DNA of 34,281 nt. Origin: Deltaproteobacteria bacterium (lineage in GTDB: Bacteria > Desulfobacterota > Deferrimicrobia > Deferrimicrobiales > Deferrimicrobiaceae). The stretch is taken from the NCBI GenBank assembly GCA_025357175.1, contig JANXPS010000049.1, forward strand, positions 1 through 34,281, in the 5' to 3' direction. The notes beneath the pieces were generated by a model, which saw nothing but the letters and a program-made list of their open reading frames with translations, ran no database searches and was not told the DNA's origin. Made by a program: the position numbers and the translations under genes. Positions 1 to 9,079 of the stretch are shown piece after piece (position 1 is the stretch's first letter; each line of letters begins with the position of its first letter).

Positions 1-414
1 GATGCCGAGTTCGAGCGGATGTCGCGGGGGCGGGCATTCCCGATCAGCTTCATCGCGGCCGACATCAACGGGCTCAAGCAGGCCAACGACCGGCGCGGAA
101 ACGCGGTCGGCGACGAACTCATCGCACGGGTGGGCCAACTGCTTCGCAGCCACGTCCGGGGGGACGACATCCTCTCCCGGATCGGCGGCGACGAGTTCGT
201 CGTCATCCTGCCGAATGCCGACGCGGCGGCGGCCGAGATGATCATCTCGCGCATCCGGCTCGCCATCGAGGCCGCGAACACCGATCCCGATCTCATTCCC
301 ATCTCGCTTTCGATCGGCTCGGGAACCGCTCCCACCGCCCAGCGGATGGCGGACGCTTTCAAGGAAGCCGACGACCGGATGGTGATCGACAAGGCGGCGC
401 ACTACCTCAAGTAG
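1..414 (+). CDS. GGDEF-domain diguanylate cyclase, C-terminal part (5' end lies outside the window)
   Basis: Frame is open from base 1. Motifs DINGLKQAND..GNAVGD and RGDDILSRIGGDEF give an intact GGDEF with an RxxD I-site upstream. Confidence 0.9.
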   Translation, partial: DAEFERMSRGRAFPISFIAADINGLKQANDRRGNAVGDELIARVGQLLRSHVRGDDILSRIGGDEFVVILPNADAAAAEMIISRIRLAIEAANTDPDLIPISLSIGSGTAPTAQRMADAFKEADDRMVIDKAAHYLK

Positions 415-433
415 CCCCGGGGCCGGTCCCGCT

Positions 434-457
434 GCCCGGAATCCCGCCCGGAATCCC
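434..457. repeat. 12-bp tandem duplication
   Basis: GCCCGGAATCCC occurs twice, directly upstream of the -35 box. Confidence 0.8.
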
Positions 458-459
458 GC

Positions 460-489
460 TTGACGTTGCGCCCTCCTTCCGTCCACAAT
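460..489 (+). promoter_or_regulatory. Putative sigma70 promoter of the btu operon
   Basis: TTGACG (460-465), an 18-nt spacer, then CACAAT (484-489), just upstream of the riboswitch. Confidence 0.55.
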
Positions 490-506
490 GTCAGGACGGA
501 AGTTCC

Positions 507-743
507 CGTCGGGTGGCAACCGCGCCGAAATCGGTCGGTACGCGTTGCCACTGGGAAGATGGTTCAAGTCCATCGCTGCCCCGCAACTGTAACCGGCGAC
601 GAAATCCACACCGCACCCTCCGCTCTTTAGGGAGGGGCAAGCCACCGGGCGCCATGCGCCTTCGGGAAGGCGTGGAAAGTAGGCCGCGGCCCCCTGCAAA
701 GAGGTTGGCCGCCGAAACCGGAAGCCAGGAGACCGGCCCGACG
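507..743 (+). promoter_or_regulatory. Cobalamin riboswitch 1
   Basis: GGGAA..GGTTCAAGTCC, GCTGCCCCGCAACTGTAA (575-592), GCCAC..GGGAAGGC (664-671) and the B12 box GCCAGGAGACCGGCC (724-738). CGTCGGG (507-513) pairs with CCCGACG (737-743). Lies upstream of btuF. Confidence 0.93.
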
Positions 744-825
744 TGAGTTTTCCCGGGATACCTTTCGTGGGAGAAGGGTCGGGAAACGCGGGTCAAGGGC
801 GTCATTCGCGCATTGCCTGTCATCG

Positions 826-871
826 TTCCCCCTCCTTGTCCCCGTCGGGGAAATGGCGGGGGATTATTTTT
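826..871 (+). terminator. Terminator-like or SD-sequestering hairpin; likely expression platform of riboswitch 1
   Basis: TCCCC..TCCCC-GTC-GGGGA..GGGGA followed by TTATTTTT. Confidence 0.45.
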
Positions 872-1835
872 GGCGCATTCATCGTACGACACGAAATCGG
901 GTGGGCGTTGGCGTCATGCGCCGAGCGCAATGCTTTTCCTCCTGATGCTCGTATTCGCGCCCCTCCCGGCTGACGCCTTTTACCCGGCCCGCGCCCCTTC
1001 CGACGCATTCCCCCTGGCCATCAAGGACGACCGCGGCGCCACCATCCGGCTCGCGGCGGAACCGCGCCGGGTCGTATCGCTCGCCCCCAGCATGACCGAG
1101 ATCGTCTTCCTCCTCGGAAAGCAGTCCGTGCTGGTCGGCACGACCCGCTATTGCGATTTTCCTCCCGCCGCCGCGAAACTCCCGAAGGTGGGGGGGATAT
1201 CGGACCCCGACATCGAGCGCATCGTTTCGGCGTCGCCCGACCTGGTGCTGTGCACGAGCGACGGCAACCCGAAGGAAAAGGTCGAGGCGATCGACGCGAT
1301 GCGCATCCGCGCCTTCTGCGCGGCCCCCCAGAATCTCGCCGGCATTTACGCAACGATCGAACGGGTCGGTTCCCTGCTCGGCGTCCCGGCGGAAGGCAGG
1401 CGGCAGGCCGGGTTGCTCCGGCTGCGCGCAGAGCGGGCGAAGCGGCCCGTTTCCGTCAAGGGTCCGCGCGTGCTTTTCGTCGTCTCGACCAGCCCGGTCA
1501 TCGCGGCGGGCAAGGGCACGTTCATGGACGAACTGATCCGCCTGTCCGGAGGCGCCAACGCGGCCGACCGGTACGGTACGCGCTACCCGCGGCTCTCGAC
1601 CGAGGATCTGCTGACCGCCGCTCCCGACGTGATCGTGGTCGCGTCGATGGTCGGCGTCGACCGCTTCCCGGCCGAGGTGACGCGCTGGAAGCAGGTGCCC
1701 GCGTTCCGCGAAGGCGCAGTCGAGTATGTCGACGGCGACATCGTGACGCGCCCCGGCCCGCGCATGGTGGACGCGCTCGAAACGGTTTCCCGCCTCCTCG
1801 ACCGCTGGCGGGCCGCACACCCGGGTCGGCGCTGA
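870..1835 (+). CDS. btuF: Cobalamin ABC transporter periplasmic binding protein (start uncertain: TTG 870 or ATG 930)
   Basis: Signal peptide; PRRVVSLAPSMTEIVFLLG and RPGPRMVDALE motifs of the BtuF family; lies under a B12 riboswitch. Confidence 0.88.
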   Translation: MAHSSYDTKSGGRWRHAPSAMLFLLMLVFAPLPADAFYPARAPSDAFPLAIKDDRGATIRLAAEPRRVVSLAPSMTEIVFLLGKQSVLVGTTRYCDFPPAAAKLPKVGGISDPDIERIVSASPDLVLCTSDGNPKEKVEAIDAMRIRAFCAAPQNLAGIYATIERVGSLLGVPAEGRRQAGLLRLRAERAKRPVSVKGPRVLFVVSTSPVIAAGKGTFMDELIRLSGGANAADRYGTRYPRLSTEDLLTAAPDVIVVASMVGVDRFPAEVTRWKQVPAFREGAVEYVDGDIVTRPGPRMVDALETVSRLLDRWRAAHPGRR

Positions 1836-2819
1836 ATGCGCCCGCTGGTCGTCTATCCGCTTCTGGGCGCGGCATTCGCGGGCGCCATGGCGCTGTCGCT
1901 CGCGACCGGGTCGACGCACATCCCGCCGGGCGACGTGCTCGCCGCCCTGTCGGGCGGCGGGGCCGACACGGCGGCCCGCGTCGTGCGCGAACTGCGGCTG
2001 CCGCGTGCGCTGCTCGGGGCGATGGTGGGCGGCGCGCTGTCCGTGTCCGGCGTCGCGTTCCAGGCGCTGCTGCGAAACCCCCTGGCCGACCCGTACATCC
2101 TCGGCGTCTCGGGCGGTGCGGCGGTCGGCGCGCTGATCGCGTCGCTTTTTTTGGCAGGGGCGTTCCTGCCGCTCCCGGCATGCGCGTTCCTGGGCGCCGC
2201 GATGGCCGCGACGGTCGTATTCCTGCTGGCCCGGCGGGGCGGCGGAGTGACGCGCGAGCGGCTCGTGCTGATGGGCGTCGTCGTCGGGGCATTCCTCAAT
2301 GCGCTCATCATGATGATGGTGACGATGGCCCCGCCCGGAAAGATCCCGGGCGCGATCTACTGGCTCATGGGCGACCTCGGACAGGGGACGCTTCCAAGGG
2401 TCTTCCTCCTTGCGCCGTACGTGCTGATCGGCCTCGTCGCATTGATGACGATGTCGCGCGGCCTCGACCTGCTGCTGCTCGGCGACGAGGCGGCGTTCCA
2501 CGCGGGGCTACCGGTCGAGCGCGTCAAGACGGTGCTTTACCTGACGGCGTCGCTGCTCGCCGGCTCGGTCGTCGCCGTATCCGGGCTGATCGGCTTCGTC
2601 GGCCTGATCGTGCCCCACGGCGCTCGCGTGCTGGTCGGATCGGCCCACCGGAGGCTGCTGCCGGCCGCGCTCCTGCTCGGGGCGGCGTTCCTGACGTTTG
2701 CCGACGTCGCGGCGCGCACGCTGTCGCCCTCGGGCGAACTGCCCGTGGGCGCCGTGACCGCGCTCGTCGGCGCGCCGTTCTTCCTGGCGCTTTTGCGCGG
2801 CAGGCGGGGCGGGCCGTGA
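1836..2819 (+). CDS. btuC: Cobalamin ABC transporter permease (FecCD/BtuC family)
   Basis: LRLPRALLG, QALLRNPLADPYILGVSGGA, GLIGFVGLIVPH and ELPVGAVTALVGAPFF motifs. Confidence 0.92.
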   Translation: MRPLVVYPLLGAAFAGAMALSLATGSTHIPPGDVLAALSGGGADTAARVVRELRLPRALLGAMVGGALSVSGVAFQALLRNPLADPYILGVSGGAAVGALIASLFLAGAFLPLPACAFLGAAMAATVVFLLARRGGGVTRERLVLMGVVVGAFLNALIMMMVTMAPPGKIPGAIYWLMGDLGQGTLPRVFLLAPYVLIGLVALMTMSRGLDLLLLGDEAAFHAGLPVERVKTVLYLTASLLAGSVVAVSGLIGFVGLIVPHGARVLVGSAHRRLLPAALLLGAAFLTFADVAARTLSPSGELPVGAVTALVGAPFFLALLRGRRGGP

Positions 2820-3637
2820 CCGCCCCCGCGCTGGCGGCGCGCGGCGTCTCGTTCCGGTACGGCGGACGCGCGGTGCTGTCGGATGTTTCGTTCGCGCTGC
2901 AGGCGGGCGAAGTCGCCATCGTGCTGGGCCCCAACGGCGCGGGGAAAAGCACGCTCCTGCGCCTGCTCTCCGGGACGCTTCGCCCGGCGTCCGGCGATGT
3001 CGCCCTGTTCGGGCGTCCGCCGGCCGACTATTCCCGCCGCGAGATGGCCCGCAACCTGTCGGTCGTGGGACAGGACCCGCCTGTCGATTTCCCCATGTCG
3101 GTCGAGGAATACGTGGCCCTCGGGCGTTTTCCGCACCTGGGGCTGTTCGGCGGGGCCTCGCCCGGCGACCGGGAAATGGTGGCGCGGGCGCTGGCGTCGG
3201 CCGGGCTGACCGATCTCGCGGAAAGACCGCTGTCGGCGCTCTCGGCCGGCGAGCGGCAGCGGGCCGCCGTCGCGAGGGCGATCGCCCAGGACGCGCGCGT
3301 GATGCTGTTCGACGAGCCGACCGCCTTTCTCGACATCCGCCACCGGGTGTTGTTCCACGAGATCGTCGAGCGGCTTGCGGAGGAGCAGGGCGTCGGCGCG
3401 CTGGTCGCGTCGCACGACCTGTCGCTTTCCGCCGAGTACGGCGATCGGATCGTGCTGCTTGCCGGCGGCCTGGTGATGGCCGACGGGAAGCCGGAAGAAG
3501 TCCTGACGCCGGAAAACGTGTTCGCGGCGTACGGAGTCGAGGTCGCCTGCGACCGCAACCCGGCGACGGGGGCGGTGCGCATCACCCCGGTCCGGCGAAG
3601 GAGGATCGGACGGGAACCGAACCGGGACCCGAAGTAA
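2816..3637 (+). CDS. btuD: Cobalamin ABC transporter ATPase
   Basis: GTGA overlap with the btuC stop; Walker A GPNGAGKST, signature LSAGERQR, Walker B MLFDEPT, H-loop SHD. Confidence 0.9.
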   Translation: MTAPALAARGVSFRYGGRAVLSDVSFALQAGEVAIVLGPNGAGKSTLLRLLSGTLRPASGDVALFGRPPADYSRREMARNLSVVGQDPPVDFPMSVEEYVALGRFPHLGLFGGASPGDREMVARALASAGLTDLAERPLSALSAGERQRAAVARAIAQDARVMLFDEPTAFLDIRHRVLFHEIVERLAEEQGVGALVASHDLSLSAEYGDRIVLLAGGLVMADGKPEEVLTPENVFAAYGVEVACDRNPATGAVRITPVRRRRIGREPNRDPK

Positions 3638-3641
3638 GAAC

Positions 3642-3812
3642 AAGGCAGGTTCCAACGAGGGCGGGAACCGGGGAAGGCCGTGGGATTCGGCCGCTGCCCC
3701 GCAACCGTAAAGGGAACGAAACCCGCAGAAGTGCCACTGGGGAATCTCTCGGGAAGGCGCGGGGAGTAGGCAGTCGTCATGACGCCCGAAGCCGGAAGAT
3801 CCGGACCGCCCC
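3642..3812 (+). promoter_or_regulatory. Cobalamin riboswitch 2 (inside the operon)
   Basis: GGGAAGGCCGTGGGATTCGGCC, GCTGCCCCGCAACCGTAA (3693-3710), GCCACTGG..GGGAAGGC and the box GCCGGAAGATCCGGACC. Lies upstream of btuB. Confidence 0.92.
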
Positions 3813-3846
3813 ATTTCAACCCCCTTTCGAGGGCAAAGGAGGATTC

Positions 3847-5730
3847 ATGCGGTACGGAAAAGGAAGCATGGCTGTCGCCGTGCTGCTGGCGTGCTTCGGC
3901 ATGCCGGCGTGGGCGGACGAAGACAACGTGACGCGGGTCGAGCCGGTGCAGGTGACGGCGACGCGCATCCCGCGGAAGGTGAGCGAACAGGCGTCCTCGG
4001 TCAGCGTGGTCACGCGCGAGGACATCGAGTTGCAGAGCCCGCCGCTTGCGAGCGATCTCGTGCGCAACCAGCCCGGGGTCGACGTCCTGCGCTCGGGAAG
4101 CCCCGGCGGGATCGAAAACATCAAGATCCGGGGCGGCCGCGCGGCCCACACCCTGGTGCTGATCGACGGGTTCCAGGTGAACAGTCCGATGCGCGGCGAG
4201 TTCGACCTCGGTGCGCTTCCGGCCGACATCTTCGACCGGGCGGAAGTCGTCCGGGGAGCCCAGAGCGCGCTTTACGGTTCCAGCGCGATCTCGGGCGTCG
4301 TCAATTTCATCCCCCGGAAAGGGGCGGACGCCGACCGGGGCGGAGCCGGCCTGTCCGGAGGCAGCCATAACTCGCTTCAGTGGAACGCGTTCGGCCGGGC
4401 GGGAGAAGGCGAACGGAACCTGATCGTCCAGGGGAACGGCTTCCGCGGCGACGGCATCATGGCGAACGACGGCATCGAGATGACCTCGTTCCTGGCCGCG
4501 GGAGAACTTCCCGTCGGCGAGCGCAACCGGCTCCACGCCATTTTCCTGTCCACCGACGAGCAGAAGCAGGTCCCCATCTCTCTGTTCGTTCCCCGCAATA
4601 CGAACCAGCTCGACGTTCGCCGGTCGAACCTCGTCGGCGCGAGATGGGAGACGGATCTCTCGAAGATGCTGACCGTGATCGCCTCCGGCAGCTACCAGGA
4701 CGACTACTTCAATATCGACAACCCGCCGGCGCCCGGGAAGTTCGCCTTCACTTCGCTTACGAAGTCGCGAAGGAACACGGCCGACCTCCAGGCACGCTTC
4801 TCGCCGAACCGCTATTCGACGAGCATCCTGGGCGGGGAGTACGTTCGGGATCACGGCTTCAACGAATTACGCTCGGTTCCGCCGAGCCCGTTCGATTTTC
4901 CGGCCGTCAGCGAGGGGCTCTTGACCCGGTCCCTTTATTTCCAGCAGGAATTCCGGCCGACCGACCATTCGGGGATCAGCCTCGGGGGCCGGTTCGAGCG
5001 TGCGGGCGACCAGCCGGCCAAGTTCAACCCCAAGGCGGGCGCCTACTGCGAGCTCCCCGGAGGCACGATCCGGCTCCGCACCGCGGCGGGACGCGGGTAT
5101 CGCGTCCCGGCGATCCTCGAGAAGTTCGATGCGTTCCTGGGGAATCCGCAGCTCAAGCCCGAGTCGGCCTGGTCCTACGAGGCGGGCGCCGATGCGGCCT
5201 TCGCTTCGAAACGGGCGAAACTGTCGGCGACCTGGTTCTACGAGGACTTCCGCGACATGATCGATTTCCCGGCGCCGACGTTCGTCGGAGCGAACGTGCC
5301 CCGCGCGTTTTCCAGAGGCGTCGAAGGATCGGCCGACCTCGCCCTCGTCCGGAGCGTCCGCCTGATCCTGGCCTACATGTACACCGAAAGCTGGGTGCCT
5401 CAGTTCCAGAGCGCGGTGACGGCCGTTCCGAAGCAGAGGGGCACCGTCTCGATGGTCGCGAATCCCCTTTCCGGACTCGAGACGCGGGCGGACTGGCACG
5501 TGGAAAGCGACATGCTCGATTCCCCGCCGAATGGCGAGACGCGCCGCCGCCCCGGTTTCGCGAGGGTGGACCTGTTCACGAAATACGGTTGGTCCCCGGC
5601 CGGCTCCGGCGTCCGGGATGTGGCGCTGACGGGCGAGATCCGCAACGTGCTCAACCGCGACTACGAAGAGCGCAGGGGGTACCCGGCGCCCGGCATCACC
5701 TTCATGGTGGGGACGCAGATCCGCATCTGA
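3847..5730 (+). CDS. btuB: TonB-dependent outer-membrane cobalamin receptor
   Basis: AAGGAGG SD, signal peptide, TonB box EPVQVTATR, plug motifs IRG..LVLIDG and EVVRGAQSALYGSSA, late-barrel NPQLKPE and NVLNRDY. Riboswitch upstream. Confidence 0.9.
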   Translation: MRYGKGSMAVAVLLACFGMPAWADEDNVTRVEPVQVTATRIPRKVSEQASSVSVVTREDIELQSPPLASDLVRNQPGVDVLRSGSPGGIENIKIRGGRAAHTLVLIDGFQVNSPMRGEFDLGALPADIFDRAEVVRGAQSALYGSSAISGVVNFIPRKGADADRGGAGLSGGSHNSLQWNAFGRAGEGERNLIVQGNGFRGDGIMANDGIEMTSFLAAGELPVGERNRLHAIFLSTDEQKQVPISLFVPRNTNQLDVRRSNLVGARWETDLSKMLTVIASGSYQDDYFNIDNPPAPGKFAFTSLTKSRRNTADLQARFSPNRYSTSILGGEYVRDHGFNELRSVPPSPFDFPAVSEGLLTRSLYFQQEFRPTDHSGISLGGRFERAGDQPAKFNPKAGAYCELPGGTIRLRTAAGRGYRVPAILEKFDAFLGNPQLKPESAWSYEAGADAAFASKRAKLSATWFYEDFRDMIDFPAPTFVGANVPRAFSRGVEGSADLALVRSVRLILAYMYTESWVPQFQSAVTAVPKQRGTVSMVANPLSGLETRADWHVESDMLDSPPNGETRRRPGFARVDLFTKYGWSPAGSGVRDVALTGEIRNVLNRDYEERRGYPAPGITFMVGTQIRI

Positions 5731-5735
5731 CACGG

Positions 5736-5768
5736 CACCCGGGGGCGGCGCATCGCAGCCCCCGGGTG
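5736..5768. other. GC-rich intergenic hairpin without a U-tract (possible mRNA-stabilising stem)
   Basis: CACCCGGGGGC / GCCCCCGGGTG form a perfect 11-bp stem. Confidence 0.6.
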
Positions 5769-5821
5769 GTTCATCAAACCAGAATGCGCAGGAACCGCGA
5801 ATTTGGCGGGAAGGAAATGGA

Positions 5822-6805
5822 ATGAGTCGCGGTCACGAGGAGATTATCGAAAATCCGGAGAAACGGTCGGGGTCGTCGAGGGCCGGGACGGCGCTGGCAT
5901 TTTCGATCGCTCTCCATCTGGTTGCCCTGGCGGTCCTGGTTGCCGTGGTCGCGCTGACCCCGCCGGTCCCGCGGATCGTCTGGTTCGACCTGACCGTCCC
6001 GGATTTCGAGGGTGCGATGGCGGCCATGTCCGGCCGGGCGCCCGCGGCAGCGCCGGGTTCGGCCCGGCCTGCGAAGGTCCCGGCCGGAATCCACGGCCCG
6101 TCCCGGCCGGTTACCGGGCCGGTTGTCGCGCCGTCGCTCCCGCCGTCGTCCGCTGCCCCGTCGTCGCAGGCCGCACCACCCGCGAGTTCGGCCGCCCCCG
6201 CTTCGCCGGAATTCGCGGCCGGTGAAAGTACGCCCGCCGTACCCATCGCGCAAGTCGCGCTTGCGGCGACGGTCGCCCACGTTGCGGCCCCGGCGGTTCC
6301 CCGGTCGGCCGGGTTGGCTGACGGTGTTTCGGGGTTCCCTCCCGTTTCGTCTTCGACGGGTTCTGCGGTCATTCGTGAATCCGGCTCTGGAAGCGGGTTT
6401 GCGGGGGGGGCGACATCCAGCGGGAGCGGTGCGGGACGAGGCGGCCTGTCGGCCGGCACCGGAACCGGCGGCGCCTCGGCCGTGCACGGCACCCGCCGCG
6501 AGGGCGACGCGGGGCAGGCCTTCGGCGACGGGACGGGGGCGGTTCCGCGCGCCCCCCGCGCCCTGCGCGACCGTATCCAGTCGCGGGTCGCCTATCCTGC
6601 CGAATCGGTCCGGCGGGAAGAGGAGGGCGAGGTGCTCCTGCGGGTGTTCGTGGGCGCAGGCGGCGCGCCGGGCGAGATTCGTCTCGAGCGAAGCAGCGGC
6701 ATCCGCCGCCTCGACGACGCGGCCCGCAGGGGCGTCAGCGGCGCCGCTCCGCTCCCGTCTTCCCCCGGCTGGTACGAGGTCCCCGTCCGCTTCTCGCTTC
6801 GCTGA
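5822..6805 (+). CDS. tonB: Energy transducer TonB
   Basis: N-terminal TM helix with SIALH (SxxxH), a long Pro/Ala/Ser/Gly linker, and the C-terminal TonB_C motif YPAESVRREEEGEVLLRVFV..SSG..LDDAA. Confidence 0.85.
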   Translation: MSRGHEEIIENPEKRSGSSRAGTALAFSIALHLVALAVLVAVVALTPPVPRIVWFDLTVPDFEGAMAAMSGRAPAAAPGSARPAKVPAGIHGPSRPVTGPVVAPSLPPSSAAPSSQAAPPASSAAPASPEFAAGESTPAVPIAQVALAATVAHVAAPAVPRSAGLADGVSGFPPVSSSTGSAVIRESGSGSGFAGGATSSGSGAGRGGLSAGTGTGGASAVHGTRREGDAGQAFGDGTGAVPRAPRALRDRIQSRVAYPAESVRREEEGEVLLRVFVGAGGAPGEIRLERSSGIRRLDDAARRGVSGAAPLPSSPGWYEVPVRFSLR

Positions 6806-6815
6806 CCCGCCCCCG

Positions 6816-8510
6816 TCATCCCCCGGCCGCCGGCGGGTTCCCGCCGGAAGTCCCCTGAACCGCCCTTCTCGACAGATACTCGCGGAACATCGCGTCCGCC
6901 TCGGCGGTCCGTCCCTCGGACAGATACTCGATCCCGAGGTTGTTGTAGGGGTCGGGGTAGCCGGGCCGCTCCCGGATGGCCTCGAGGAAGCATTTCTCCG
7001 CCTCGACGTGTTCCCCCCGCATGGACCGGATGTTGCCCATGTTGTTGTACGCCTCGGGATACCACGGCTGGATGACCAGCGCGAGCCGGATCTGTTCCAG
7101 CGCCTCGTCCGTCCTCCCGAGGCGGGCCAGCACGGCGCCGTAGTTGTTGCGGGCGCTCGGGTGGAACGGTTGCCTCGCAAGCGATGCCTCGAAGTGTCCG
7201 GCCGCCTCGGACAGTTTCCCGGTTTTGGAAAGCACCATGCCCAGGTTGTTCTCGGCGAACCAGTTGCCCTTCGTTACGGCGATCGCCCGGCGATAAACCG
7301 TCTCGCTGTCGTGCCAGTATTCCGCCTGCGTCCGGCAGGCGAAGCCGAGGCTCGCAAGCACGAGCAGCGCGCCCGCGGCGAGCGTCCGCCGGATCACCGG
7401 GCGATCCGGGAGGAGCGCCGGGATTCCCCACGCGGCCGCGATGAACAGTCCGATCGCGGGCAGGTAGCTGTACCGGTCGGCGATGAACTGTTCTCCCACC
7501 GGGACCAGGCCGATCACCGGGACGAGCATGCCCAGGAACCAGAACCCGCCGACCGGGAGGCAGGGGAGCCGTTTCCGGAATCCCAGGGCAAGGGCGGCCA
7601 AAAGGAAAAGGAGCGCCGCCGCGCCCGCGGCCACCGGGACCGGGAAGGGCGTTGGCGGCTTCGGGTAGAACATCGAGAGGCCGGAGGGCCAGAAAAGCTT
7701 CGACACGTAGGCGCCGCAGGCGACCGCGGCGTCCCCGAACCGCCTGGGCAGCGGAACATCCTGCAGGGAAAGGACCATCGCGCCGCCCCGGCGCTGGGCG
7801 ACGACGGTGACCGCGCAGAGCGCCGCCGAGAGCATCAGCAGCGGAATTTTTTCGGCCAGCAGTCGGGAGAGGGAAACGGCTGTCGCGCGCCCGGAGCATT
7901 CCAGCCGGCCGAGCGGCCAGAAATCGAGCAGCAGCAGGAGAAACGGAAGCGTCACCGCCATCGGTTTCGAGAGCAGCGCCAGCGAGAAGGCAAGAAGGAC
8001 CAGGGCGTAGCGGCCGGCGCCCGGCTGCCTCGCATGCGCGGCGTAGGCCCATATCGTCATGAAGGTAAAGAAGGCGCAGAGGAGATCCTTGCGCTCGGCG
8101 ATCCAGGCGACCGATTCCACGTGCATCGGGTGGAGGGCGAACAATGCCGCGACGAAGGCGCTTCGGCCGGTCGCTCCCGTCAGCGAGCGGAGCGCCAGGA
8201 ACAGGAGGAGCGCGTTGACCGCGTGAAGGAAGATCCCGATCCCGTGCTGCCTCCCCGGATCGGGGCCGAACAGCGCCACGTCGGCCATGTGGGACAGCCA
8301 GGTCACGGGATGGTAGTTTGCCGCGTCCATCGTCGAGAACGCCCATTTTACCCCTTCGATCGTGAGGCCGGCCAGCACGCGGGGGTTCTGATAGACGTAG
8401 GCGGGATCGTCGGTCGTGATGAATCCCGCATCGAGGGTGGGGAGATAAACCGCGACTGTCGCCAGCGCGAGTGCGAATGCGATCAGCAGGGTGCGCCTGG
8501 GTTCGGACAT
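6816..8510 (-). CDS. Multi-TM TPR protein, TMTC-like GT-C glycosyltransferase (start 8510 or 8519)
   Basis: First loop FITTDDPAYV, NYHPVTWLSH, HPMHVESVAWIAERKD, ADRYSYLP, then about four TPRs (NNLG/NNYG/NNMG/NNLG). Confidence 0.8.
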   Translation of the reverse strand: MSEPRRTLLIAFALALATVAVYLPTLDAGFITTDDPAYVYQNPRVLAGLTIEGVKWAFSTMDAANYHPVTWLSHMADVALFGPDPGRQHGIGIFLHAVNALLLFLALRSLTGATGRSAFVAALFALHPMHVESVAWIAERKDLLCAFFTFMTIWAYAAHARQPGAGRYALVLLAFSLALLSKPMAVTLPFLLLLLDFWPLGRLECSGRATAVSLSRLLAEKIPLLMLSAALCAVTVVAQRRGGAMVLSLQDVPLPRRFGDAAVACGAYVSKLFWPSGLSMFYPKPPTPFPVPVAAGAAALLFLLAALALGFRKRLPCLPVGGFWFLGMLVPVIGLVPVGEQFIADRYSYLPAIGLFIAAAWGIPALLPDRPVIRRTLAAGALLVLASLGFACRTQAEYWHDSETVYRRAIAVTKGNWFAENNLGMVLSKTGKLSEAAGHFEASLARQPFHPSARNNYGAVLARLGRTDEALEQIRLALVIQPWYPEAYNNMGNIRSMRGEHVEAEKCFLEAIRERPGYPDPYNNLGIEYLSEGRTAEADAMFREYLSRRAVQGTSGGNPPAAGG

Positions 8511-8643
8511 TCGGATCATGCGTGCGTGGCTCCGTGTCGCCGGGGATGGGACCATGATAGCGCAGAGGGCTCCCCCGCCTTTACTCCATGCGGGTTTGGG
8601 GTTATTTTATTGGATAGAGTCGTCTCACGGGGGCAAAAGCCGC

Positions 8644-9000
8644 ATGGACACCAAGGTGTTGGAAAAGTGCCGGGAAGCGCTTCAGCGTCAGATGAACGAA
8701 CTGATGGCCGAAACGGGTAAAACCCTTTCGGACATGACGCTGGGTCCGGAAGACAACTTCCCCGACCCCACTGACCGCGCCGCGCTCGAGTCCGACCGCA
8801 ACTTCACGCTTCGTCTCCGGGATCGCGAGCGCAAGCTGATCGCCAAGATCAAGGAGGCGATCAAGCGGATCGAAGGCGGCACCTTCGGCACCTGCGAATC
8901 GTGCGGCGGGGAGATCGAGGAAAAGCGCATGATCGCTCGCCCCGTCACCACCGAGTGCATCGACTGCAAGACCGCCGCCGAGGAAGAGGAAGTCCGATAG
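8644..9000 (+). CDS. dksA: RNA polymerase-binding protein DksA
   Basis: Coiled-coil tip DPTDRA; zinc finger CESC..CIDC. Confidence 0.93.
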   Translation: MDTKVLEKCREALQRQMNELMAETGKTLSDMTLGPEDNFPDPTDRAALESDRNFTLRLRDRERKLIAKIKEAIKRIEGGTFGTCESCGGEIEEKRMIARPVTTECIDCKTAAEEEEVR

Positions 9001-9079
9001 AAACGGGCCGGTGCGGCATCGCACGCCGCCCCCATCCCCATTGCAGCAGCTTTCCCGTCAATAATCCCCCGGAGGCCCA

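Noticed and set aside
1151-3637. 828-aa ORF suggesting a large ATPase fusion
   Set aside because: Only 2816-3637 is BtuD; the rest is an alternative frame over btuF/btuC. The same upstream over-extension affects the track ORFs for glgA, mqnC, greA, msrA and waaF.
870-5730. Iron-siderophore or heme uptake system
   Set aside because: The families overlap, but two cobalamin riboswitches point to corrinoid uptake.
6012-8720. 902-aa plus-strand ORF
   Set aside because: Arg/Gly-rich shadow overlapping tonB and antisense to the TPR gene.
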